Shown one piece after another: positions 23,683 to 33,784 of a stretch of DNA of 64,000 nucleotides (positions within the stretch are counted from its first letter, which is position 1; each line of letters starts with the position of its first letter). Under the pieces are notes generated by a model. That model was not told the DNA's origin. It worked only from the letters and a program-made list of their open reading frames with translations, and did no database searches. The translations under genes and the position numbers were made by a program. Source of the DNA: Octopus sinensis (lineage: Eukaryota); the NCBI RefSeq assembly GCF_006345805.1, contig NC_043014.1, forward strand, positions 22,506,001 through 22,570,000, in the 5' to 3' direction.

Positions 23683-24394
23683 TCACAATCAAGGAACGGC
23701 CATAATAGGCCATTCACCCACTAGAAATAACAGCCAAAGCTTCAACCGCAAAATAACATTAATTCCGTAAACCAGGAGAAATTTAAAAAACATTTACCCT
23801 GTAATTTCTTATACGAGCCCGTTTCATCTACTGTTAATGGTAAACTAACCTGATTAAAATTAAATCAAGCCAATCTTCCATAGGCCCTTAGAATCGTCAG
23901 TAAGAAATAGCCAGATCGGAACAGATTTTTCACGAGGCATTTCTGTCCCTGCCTCGGCAATATCTGACCTAAAATTTTCAAATCATCGCACTCGCGCCAA
24001 ATTTATCGGCAGCAAATAAATTTAAGCCGCCGATTCCATTACGGAATTAACCAGAAAATTCATAATTAATCAATATAGGGTGGCAAAAAATTTTGTAGAA
24101 TTTTTTTGGCTTGATTTAATTTAATCAGGTTAGTTTACTATTAAACAGTAGATGAAACGGTGCATCGTATAAGAAATTACAGGGTAAATGTTTTTTAATT
24201 TTCTCCTGGTTTACGGAATTAATGTTATTTTGCGGTTGAAGCTTTGGCTGTTATTTCTAGTGGGTGAATGGCCTATTATGGCCGTTCCTTGATTGTGATG
24301 TTGAACTTAAAAATGGTCTATGACTATTTAATTTTTTCCCACTAGGCCGCTGGTGGCAAAAAAATTCTACAAAATTTTTGCCACCCTATATTGA

Positions 24395-24401
<7 letters not shown>
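23683..24401. repeat. Interlocked inverted repeats (A...B-A'...B'), probable DNA-transposon derivative
   Basis: A 23683-23873 / A' 24106-24298 (~190 bp, near identical); B 24063-24107 / B' 24358-24401. Confidence 0.8.
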
Positions 24402-24434
<33 letters not shown>

Positions 24435-24461
24435 TTATATATATATATATATCTATATATA

Positions 24462-24542
<81 letters not shown>

Positions 24543-24565
24543 ATATTATATATATATATAATATT

Positions 24566-24599
<34 letters not shown>

Positions 24600-24634
24600 T
24601 ATATAGATATTATATATATATATATTTATATATA

Positions 24635-24665
<31 letters not shown>

Positions 24666-24721
24666 TTATATACATATTTTTATATATATATATATATTAT
24701 ATATATATATATATATTATTT

Positions 24722-24778
<57 letters not shown>

Positions 24779-25077
24779 ATAGTATATATATGTATGTAAT
24801 ATGTATGTATATGTATGTATATATGTATATATATGTATGTATATATGTATGTATATGTATGTAATATGTATATATATATATATGTATGTATATATATATG
24901 TATATATACTTCCTGAGCATCCAATAATACTTATTTGTTCCACATCCTCGCGTTGTTGTCTTTTTGTTTTCTTGTTTGGATTAACTTTATATATATGTAT
25001 ATATATATATTATATATATATATGTATATATATAATATATATGTATATATGTATATACGTATATATGTGTGAATATG

Positions 25078-25119
<42 letters not shown>

Positions 25120-25120
25120 C
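24402..25120. repeat. (TA)n tract interrupted by a short repeat-terminal island (24908-24990)
   Basis: Direct reading of the sequence. Confidence 0.9.
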
Positions 25121-25405
25121 CATATTTTGATACTTCCATTTCACTACATACTCAATTCAAATTTGTCAACATCAGTAACTTTCCCTTCATGACTTAAAGT
25201 TTTGATAAATTAAGGGAATGTCCCCTTGGCTCATTGATTCAGTCAACTGTATTCAAATCATGTGGCCTTGCACTAATGTAAGACTCTTATCATCATTTTT
25301 ACAGTCATTGTACAGTTTCACTAAGGAGTTTCATCTTTCTTGTCATTGCAATTAACACAGAAATTTTAATGCTATTTTGACAGAAGATTTAACTTTATAT
25401 TGCAG

Positions 25406-25496
25406 AGAGCAAAATAAAAGATTGCGGGAAGCCTTCCAACAGTTGCTTGAAGATTATAAAGGACTCTTGGAACTTAACAGCCAACTGCAACCAATT
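25406..25496 (+). CDS. NEMO/optineurin-family protein, coding exon 4 (EQNKRLREAFQQLLEDYKGLLELNSQLQPI)
   Basis: tttatattgcag acceptor, att|gtaaga donor, 91 nt, phase 2-0. LREAFQQLLEDY resembles NEMO LQVAYHQLFQEY. Confidence 0.85.
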
Positions 25497-26234
25497 GTAA
25501 GAAACTCAGCTTTCTGGAAATAACAGCCAATTCTATCAAGTTCGTCTGGTATCTTAAAAGAGGAAATAACATTTTAGATAAAGTAGACCTATATACTCTA
25601 TAAATAAAACATGTTCATGGTTTAAATGCTATTGATTATAACCCTAGATGAGCAGTGTCAACCTGCAGTTAAACACTACAGATGCTTGTTTTTTCTGAAA
25701 ACAAAATTCAAGAAATATTTGTTCTTAATTTTATTTTTAAACTCCTAGTTTATTATTGATGTTGTTTTGTCCTGGGATCAGCCCTGGTTCTGCAGACATC
25801 CAATGAAGAATGTTCGTGCTAACTATGATGTCTTATGAAACTCATTGTTTAGCCTTAGGTCAGCCTTAATCCAGCAACTGTGATCATTTATTTATAATAT
25901 TATTTCAGTCTTCACTAACGAATATATTCTTTTTTCTTAAGGTAGAAGATGCCGTTGCTATTTCTAGTAAGTCAGGCAACTGTGTAAAGTGTCTCTCTTT
26001 GTTGTTAAATAGTCTCTGCTCAGTTCAGCTCAAGCTGACCTTTGATCAAAGTCATTACATTCATGATCATCTTATTTTTTTTGCCTTTCTAAACACAATA
26101 GTTGCATGTGATCCTTTCATTTGTAGATACTTTGTCCAACTGAATAGCCAAATTAATTCACCAAATTAATAATCACCTTAAATAGATTCTATCTTGTGTA
26201 AGCATATAAAACAGATGTAACACTGTTGGTTTCA

Positions 26235-26865
26235 AATTTTTGGCATAAGGCTAGCAATTTCAGGGTAGGGAGTGTCTATTACATTGATTCCAATGCTCAA
26301 GTGGTACTTATTTTATTGACGCTGGAAAGGTAAAAGCAAAGTTAACCTTGATGGAATTGGAGCTCTGAACATAAGACAGACGAAATGTTGCTAAGCATTT
26401 TGCCCAGAGTGTTAACAATTCTGCCAGCTCACAGCCCTTCACCGGCAATAATAGGAATTTCAAATTTTAGCACAAGGCCAGCAATTTTGGGGTAGGAAGT
26501 AAGTTGATTACCTCAACTCCAGTGCTCAACTGGTACTCACCCTGAAAGGATGAAAGGCAAGTTGACCTTGGTGGAATCTGAACTCAGAACACTAATTCAG
26601 ACTGCTGCTAAGCATTTCACCTGGCATGCTAACGATTCTGCCAACTTGCAACCTTAACAGATGCAATAATATTCTTTTCTACTCTAGGCCTGGAATTTTG
26701 GGGGAGGGGGCCAGTCAATTAGATTGATCCCAGTACACAACTGGTACTTAATTTATTGACCCCGAAATGATAAAAGGCAAAGTTGACCTCGGCAGAATTT
26801 GAACTCAGAAATACCACTAAGCATTTTGCCTGGTGTGCTAATGTTTCTGCCAGCTCACTGCTTTC
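26235..26865 (-). mobile_element. Cluster of 3 SINE copies (same family as 6379-7258), minus strand
   Basis: Three reverse-complement units ...ctggtactta...gaaaggcaaagttgacct...gaatttgaactcagaa...ctaagcatttt...ctgccagctc. Confidence 0.8.
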
Positions 26866-27012
26866 AGATGCAATAATATTAGTGTAACAATGATATTACA
26901 TATGACAACAATTCTGTTGTCATTTCTTACTATCTAATCTGGGTGGATTTTTATAATGCCCCTGGCACTAGAAAGGTATTCATCATCATTAATACACACA
27001 CACACACACATA

Positions 27013-27306
27013 TCTTTTATCTTTTACTGGTTTCAGTTGTTAGACTGTGGCCATGCTGGAGCACTACCTTGAAGAAGTTTTAGTTGAATAAATAAACCTC
27101 AGTACATATTTTTTTCTTTTAAGCCTGGTACTCTTATCAGTCTCTTATGCCGAATTAAGTTACAGGGACTTATATATATACATATATATATTTAAGACGT
27201 GCCTCTTTCAGTTTCTGTCTATCAAATCCACTTGTAAAGCTTTGGTTGGCCCAAAGCTTATAGCAGAAGACATCCTAGGAACTGAACCCAGGAACCATGT
27301 GGTTGG

Positions 27307-27310
<4 letters not shown>
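27013..27310 (-). mobile_element. Degenerate copy of the ~400-bp SINE
   Basis: Tail tttcagttgttagactgtggccatgctggagcactacc and head-side ggaactgaacccaggaaccatgtggttggg. Confidence 0.7.
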
Positions 27311-27364
<54 letters not shown>

Positions 27365-27529
27365 TATTGATTTATTTGTTTCTCACATGAGACAACAGCT
27401 ATACCTTTGAAGGTTTTGGCTGATCAGATCAAAACTAGTATTTATTTTTTAAGTCTAGTACCATATTGTGTCAGTCTTTTTGCCAAACTACACTGCTGTG
27501 TTACAGGTATGTAAACAAACCAACCAAAG

Positions 27530-27564
<35 letters not shown>

Positions 27565-27586
27565 AAATTCCACCAAGGGACTGATC

Positions 27587-29110
27587 TTGAAATACCTAGG
27601 CAGTGTCCTTGCCCCCTTAGTGGCTTCTCTCTCCTCACACATCCATGACACTAACCATACTCTTTGTCTTTTCAACTCTTTCTCCTTCCTTCCTGGCCCC
27701 TCTAAACTTCTCTTTGCTCTTGATATCAAGAGTCTATATACGGTGATCCCACTCAATGAAGGACTTTTTGCCCTTAAACACTTCCTAGACTTTTTGACTC
27801 AACCCCCATCCTGACACATCCACACTTCTTCCTCTGGCCGAACTTGTTCTCTCCCTCAACTGCTTCTCGTTTGCGGGAAGTTTTACCAACAGATTTTGAG
27901 AATGGCTATGGGAATGAGAATGGGCCCCAACTATGCAAACCTTTTCGTTGGTTACATTGAAGCCCAAATATTTTCAAGATTCATTGGTCCCACTCCTGAA
28001 CTATATGGTTGTTATACTGATGAGTGTATCGGTGTGACCTCGCTCTCCCGCGAACAACTAGATTCCTTCTCTTTTGTCCAATCCTTCCATCCTGCCCTCA
28101 AATTCTCTTGTACCATTTCCAACACTTCCATCACCTTTCCTGACATTTCAGTCAACATACACAACTCCACTTTCACTACCTCTATCCACTACAAAAACAC
28201 TGACTCACACTTGTACCTCAACTTCTCCTCCTCTCGCCCTACTCACACCAAGCATTCCATCCCCTACTCCCAGTTCCTCTGTCTGTGCAGGCTCTGCAGT
28301 GACAACCATAACTTTGAGACTCAGTCTCAACTCATGGCTTACCACTTCATCTTTCATGGGTATCCCCTCACCACTATCCACACCACCCTTGCCAGAGCTT
28401 GTTCTGTGGACTGTGTCTCTGCTCTCTCTCCTTGCACCTGCAGTCTCATATGCCATTTCTGCTCTACCAGTCATTCCTTACAACACCTGTTTGTGTTTGG
28501 ATTGTCTTTGCACAGGAGTCATCCAGACTCCTGCCTTCGCCGTGAACAGGAATTAATCTTCTCTCTTCACTCCTTTGCACCACATGGGCTCAACTCCCCT
28601 CCTCTCTTCATGCCTACCCACTTTCTCCCTTCATTAATACCCCCCACATCCTCGCCCCATTATCACACCCCAACATTACCACCCCACGCCACTCCGCACA
28701 TACTAGCACTGACCACTTCCCAGCACCCACACCATCAGCCACATACCCACACATTACAGATGCACATACACATGCACACATTCACATTTCAAAGTCACCA
28801 CTCCCTATCCACATGCACACACTTACACACTCTCACATACACATATGTACGTGCACCTTCGTTTTGGGATCACCAGTACTTTATTATCTCCCCTTCCTAG
28901 CTCTCCTGTCTAATTACCTTAGTCCAACCAGTTGCCATGATTGACCGCTAAGTACACAAGTTTTCTTTATTCTCTGTCTGTTTATTTCCTTGTGTTCCTT
29001 TCTGTTGAAGAGTGTAGGCACGAAACGTAAAAAACTTCCTCACCTTCCCGAGCATCAAACTAATAGACCTGCTTGTTATTTATACACCTGTCTTCATCTT
29101 TTGTTTTTCT
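27587..29110 (+). mobile_element. Penelope-like element: degenerate RT, internally deleted GIY-YIG, 3' repeat
   Basis: LFALDIKSLYTVIPLNEG; AMGMRMGPNYANLFVG; YTDECIG; HPALKFS; TSIHYKNTDSHLYLNFSSS; SIPYSQFL; EN C-terminus RREQELIFSLHSFAPHGLN; hammerhead-like motif near 29005. Confidence 0.85.
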
Positions 29111-29116
29111 TATACA

Positions 29117-29195
29117 TATGCAACTGAAGAATCTTATCAAGTACAAGAAGACAAATATAGTAAGATAAGGAGTGAAAAGGAAGATCTTTTAGCTG
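29117..29195 (+). pseudogene. 79-bp duplicate of part of coding exon 5 (29735-29813)
   Basis: 78/79 identical by eye (aat->agt); no acceptor or donor of its own. Confidence 0.9.
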
Positions 29196-29680
29196 TAAAT
29201 TTCAAATATATATATTTATATGTATATGTGTATGTGTTTATACACATGCACATATGATGTGCTTTCCGACAGTTTCATTATAAAACCATCAACATTTAAT
29301 GTCCATTTTCCATGCTGACAGTTTGACAGGAACTGGCAAGACCATTGGTTGTACTAGATAACCCATGCCAGTATGGAACATGGATGTTACTAGATGAAGA
29401 TGAGGATGACAATGGTTTCTATACATGTTCCATCTACTAAAATTCACTCGTAAGGCTTTGGTTGGTCCAAGAGTATAGTAGAATACACTGAAAGTACTGT
29501 GCAGTGGGAGTAAATAAAAAATCCTGTGGTTACAAAGAAACTTTGCGACCTCACAGCCAAACCAGGGCCTTAAATGAACTTTGAACCTCTTGATATCATG
29601 AATTTAATCTTTTTACACACAACTTTTCTCAGACATTTTCATATTTAATGTTGTTCTTTTTATCTCCTTTTTTTTTTCAG

Positions 29681-29836
29681 GTAGAAGAAAAGAAGAAACT
29701 GCAAGAACAGGTAGATTTCCTCACTGCAAAAACTTATGCAACTGAAGAATCTTATCAAGTACAAGAAGACAAATATAATAAGATAAGGAGTGAAAAGGAA
29801 GATCTTTTAGCTGAGAATGAACTCCTTAAGACCCAG
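29681..29836 (+). CDS. NEMO/optineurin-family protein, coding exon 5 (CC2; VEEKKKLQEQ...ENELLKTQ)
   Basis: Long polyT + cag acceptor, cag|gtatat donor, 156 nt, phase 0-0. TAKTYATEE...NKIRSEKE aligns to NEMO QQLQQAEE...DKLKEEAE. Confidence 0.9.
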
Positions 29837-30735
29837 GTATATAAAAAAAGAAAATTCATAAACATCATCATTTCAGATTTCACCTTTTTCTTATACCTTC
29901 CTATTTTTTTATGGTATTTCATCTACATCAAAATTTACTCAAAACTGATTGGCATTGTTTTGCATGGATTCCTACCATTCCAGTGAGCCTCAGGAAATAC
30001 TGTTAGAGTCTAATAAAAGCGTATTTATTTTTATTTCAATCATATAACTTAAGGTTTTGTACAGCCAGTGTTCATTGGCTGACTGTACTCACCTGTGAGT
30101 GGAAGAGAGTAACAGAAAATAGCCAAAAAATATTAAGTCACAAGCTGGTCATATGGTACCGGAAATTTTGTGACATCTCCTATTTTACATTTATCAAATG
30201 AGTCTTTCTTAAAAGAGAAGGGTTTATGGGAAGCAGGTAAAGAAATTTAAGAATATTTCTAATTTTTTTTTTTTGCAGCTGAGCAGCTTGGGTGGTAAAT
30301 ATAGGATTTCCCAAATGAGCCTGTTAGTAACAGGTAACTTTGGTGTAGTGAAATCTTTGCTATGGTTAAATGAATAAACTTTCATACATAAATCAAGTAA
30401 ATTTTTTCTAATGGTTGTACATTACATAAAAGCACACACACATATATATATATATATATACACATACAGGTCGTCATCAACTTACGACCAATTGACTTTA
30501 TGATGATTGGTGCACCAGCTCTTGGCAGCAATAATAAATAGTCCAGTTGAAATCTAATGGCTTTAATTTCTTAGAAATTAACCCGTTTACGGATGATGTC
30601 AGCAAACGCGTCCCCTAGGTTTGGTTATTGATTGCCATCCTGTTGTGGAGGCAACGAGGCAGCCTCCTATTTGGTAACATAGATAGTTACTGTCTCTCTC
30701 ACTTCCTTTGTGTCCCTCCTCTCTACCCATTTTTA

Positions 30736-31109
30736 ATTTAACAATGTGTGTATGTATCTATGCATCTACTTTTCTTGCGATGTATGTATCAGTCTACTCT
30801 GAAAATTCTGATAAACATTTAAAAACACAAAATGAATTCCGTCACCGCTCACTGTCTCTCTCTCTCTTTCTCTCTTACTTCCTCTTTGTCCTCCTCTCTC
30901 CCGCTTTGCCACTCACTTCTTCCTTTGAAGTAACTGTGACACACACCACAGGTACGTACATACAAAAACAAATAGTTGGCGTATTAATATCATTAATTAT
31001 TATTATAATTAAGGTGGCAAGTTGGCAGAACTGTTAGCATGCTGGGTGAAATGCATAGTGGTATTTCGTTTGCTGCTACATTCTAAGTTTAAATTCGTCA
31101 AAGTCAACT
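30736..31109 (+). repeat. ~370-bp direct repeat, copy 1 (copy 2 at 31907-32268)
   Basis: Near-identical sequence on both sides of coding exon 6; this copy breaks off inside a SINE. Confidence 0.92.
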
Positions 31110-31292
31110 ACTTGAGACTCCAAAATTTTTTGATAAACTTCAGTATAATAGTATAAATACAGAATGGACTGACCTTACAACCAGTTAGTTGGAACCAGTT
31201 ATGGTCATAAGTTGATGACGACCTGTATATATATATATATATGGATAGATGGATAGATATAAATATATTGTTTGTATGTATTGTATTTGCAG

Positions 31293-31550
31293 GTTACGGT
31301 ATTCAAAGCAGATTTTGATGCTGAAAGAGAAGCTTGTACAAGCCAAAAACGTGATATAGATAAATTAAAGCAAACTATGAAACATCTTGAGTTTGCAAAC
31401 AAACGGCTAGGAGCTGAGAACCAAGACTTATTGTCTCGGATAGAAAGGCACACTGAACAACAATTATCTGAGATGCGGCAGAGATGCTCAACCAATTTGA
31501 AACCTCCTTCAAAATGGAAACATAACTCTGAACATGTTTCAACTTCAGGG
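31293..31550 (+). CDS. NEMO/optineurin-family protein, coding exon 6 (UBAN/LZ: VTVFKADFDAEREACT...QQLSEMRQRC...TSG)
   Basis: tttgcag acceptor, ggg|gtatgt donor, 258 nt, phase 0-0. LKTQVTVFKADFDAER matches NEMO LKAQADIYKADFQAER and OPTN LRAQMEVYCSDFHAER. Confidence 0.92.
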
Positions 31551-31906
31551 GTATGTCAGTAAATATTTACGATGTGTTTGTGTATGTAAAATAACTGAAT
31601 ACTTTCTCATAGCTTAAACTCTATACCTCAGTGACCACCAGATAATGGTACTTTGTCGGTTACAACAACAAGCGTTCCAGTTGATTTGATTAACGGGACA
31701 GCCTGCTTGTGAAATTAATGTGCAAGCAGCTGAACATTCCACAGACATGTGTATCCTTAACATAGTTTTCAGGGATGTTCAGCATGATACAGAGTATGAT
31801 AAAGGCTGGCCCTTTGAAATACAGCCACTTGTGAGTTAATTGTATCTTTGTGTAGTAATGAAAAGTGAAATCAACATTGTATATTTGCTGTAGTTATTTG
31901 TCTTTG

Positions 31907-32268
31907 ATTTAACAATGTGTGTATGTATCTATGCATCTACTTTTCTTGCGATGTATGTATCAGTCTACTCTGAAAATTCTGATAAACATTTAAAAACACA
32001 AAATGAATTCCGTCACTGCTCACTGTCTCTCTCCCACTTCCTCTTTGTCCTCCTCTCTCCTGCTTTGCCACTCACTTCTTCCTTTGAAGTAACTGTGAAG
32101 CACACCACAGGTATGTACGTACAAAAACAAATAGTTGGCGTATTAATATCATTAATTATTATTATAATTAAGGTGGCAAGTTGGCAGAACTGTTTGCATG
32201 CTGGGTGAAATGCATAGTGGTATTTCGTCTGCTGCTACATTCTAAGTTTAAATTCGTCAAAGTCAACT
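31907..32268 (+). repeat. ~360-bp direct repeat, copy 2 (continues into an intact SINE to ~32380)
   Basis: See 30736-31109. Confidence 0.92.
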
Positions 32269-32647
32269 TTACCTTTCATTCTTTTGGGGTCGATTGAATA
32301 AGTACCAGTTATGCACTGGGGTCAATGTAATCGACTTAATCCCTTCCTCCAAGCTGGCCTTGTGGCAAAAATTTGAAATTGTTGTTGTTGTTACTTATTT
32401 TTCGTTGTCATCCTGCTTTTGTACACGGGCTTTTTCAAATGGACAAAACCCTTTGTAACTTTTGTCCTGTGTTTTGTCCCTTTATGTTTTAATTGATTTT
32501 TGTTAGCCCTTGTGGCCAATAAACGAACCTAACGAATTATTATTATTATTATTATTATCTGATGTCTTCCAATCTATCACTGCCCAAATTCAGCTGCTAT
32601 AGTTAATATAAATGACTATATTATTATTATTATTATTATTTTTACAG

Positions 32648-32755
32648 ATGGAAGCAATGCAACATGAATATGTGGAACAGTACCAATGCCCACAGTGTAA
32701 CCATGTCTTTCCAGATGCAGATTCTTTAAATTTACATTTTGAAGAACACAAATAA
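32648..32755 (+). CDS. NEMO/optineurin-family protein, terminal coding exon with UBZ-like zinc finger (YQCPQCNHVFPDADSLNLHFEEHK*)
   Basis: ttttacag acceptor, phase 0, TAA stop. Motif resembles OPTN [21 protein letters not shown] and NEMO [21 protein letters not shown]. Confidence 0.9.
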   Translation: MEAMQHEYVEQYQCPQCNHVFPDADSLNLHFEEHK

Positions 32756-33142
32756 CAAAAATTCGAAACCTGTGATAGCTGTGATAAATAAAGATGTATA
32801 TATTCATTTGTTTGAAGCTGATGATTCACTCCATTGCTTCTTAGAGTTTCTTGCTCTGTGCAATCATTCAAGTGACAAAAAGATTCATCTTTGCTTTGCC
32901 TAGAAGATTAAATACAGTAAAAAACTTGATAGCAGTGATGGAGTGAATATTCAGTTTTGAATTGATAAACTCTTCTTTGTGTTTTAAGTACACTTTCTCA
33001 TATTTTACATCCTCACATATAGTTGATGATTTGGTCTGTTGTTATTCCAAATTTGTTATGTGTGTGTCAAAGAGACAATTACATATATGATATCTGTTTT
33101 GCCTGAAAGTAGTATGCACAATCAAATCATTAGCTTCAAATG

Positions 33143-33152
33143 AATAAATAAA
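33143..33152 (+). terminator. Candidate polyadenylation signal (overlapping AATAAA x2); another AATAAA at 32787-32792
   Basis: AATAAA hexamers downstream of the stop codon, followed by a GT/T-rich stretch; usage not demonstrated. Confidence 0.45.
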
Positions 33153-33784
33153 CATGATTATGTATATTAAGTGATTTCATCTCTGGTTTCTCCATTCACA
33201 CTCATATGTATGCTGTGATACCATGGCACCTTGGGCAAGTATCTTCTGTTATAACCCTGTGAGTAGATTTAGTAGATGGCAACTGAAAGAATCTTGTTGT
33301 GTATGTAATAGTGCACACGTTTGTATCTCTTTGTCATGATATTTCACGATAGTTGTAAATGGGTGTCACTGTCATATAGGCAGTGTCATTGATTTCTAAT
33401 ATTTTGTAAGACCATGTCTGGCTATAGGGAAATATTACCTTGCTTGGAAATGAATGGGGGTTTATTCCAGCCATAGAATATTTACCTCAATATTCCAAGC
33501 ATGGAAAAGTGGATGTTAAATGATGATGATTATATAAACTGTATGCATGGCTATTTGGTTAAGAATTTGCTTCTCACTTGTGTGGTTTAGACAAATGTCT
33601 TCTATAACCCTGCATTGACCAATGCCATATGAAGGAATTTGGTTGATGAAAGAAGGCAATCATATGTATGAATATGTTGTGTATGTGTGTGCATGAAAGT
33701 TGATAAAACTATGCTGAGCTATGTCGCAATTTGAGGTTGGGTAACAACTGACGATGTTTCTTGACATTTCTTGTTAACAAATCC

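Noticed and set aside
8528-25130. Dozens of long I/Y/M/C-rich ORFs (up to 310 aa) in the ORF track
   Set aside because: They are translations of (TA)n/(TATG)n microsatellites, which lack stop codons by composition; not genes.
25942-25966. Apparent micro-exon ttcttaag|gtagaagatgccgttgctatttcta|gtaagt
   Set aside because: 25 nt would shift the frame between two phase-0 junctions, it resembles a common repeat motif (gctatttctag), and the NEMO alignment needs no extra exon here.
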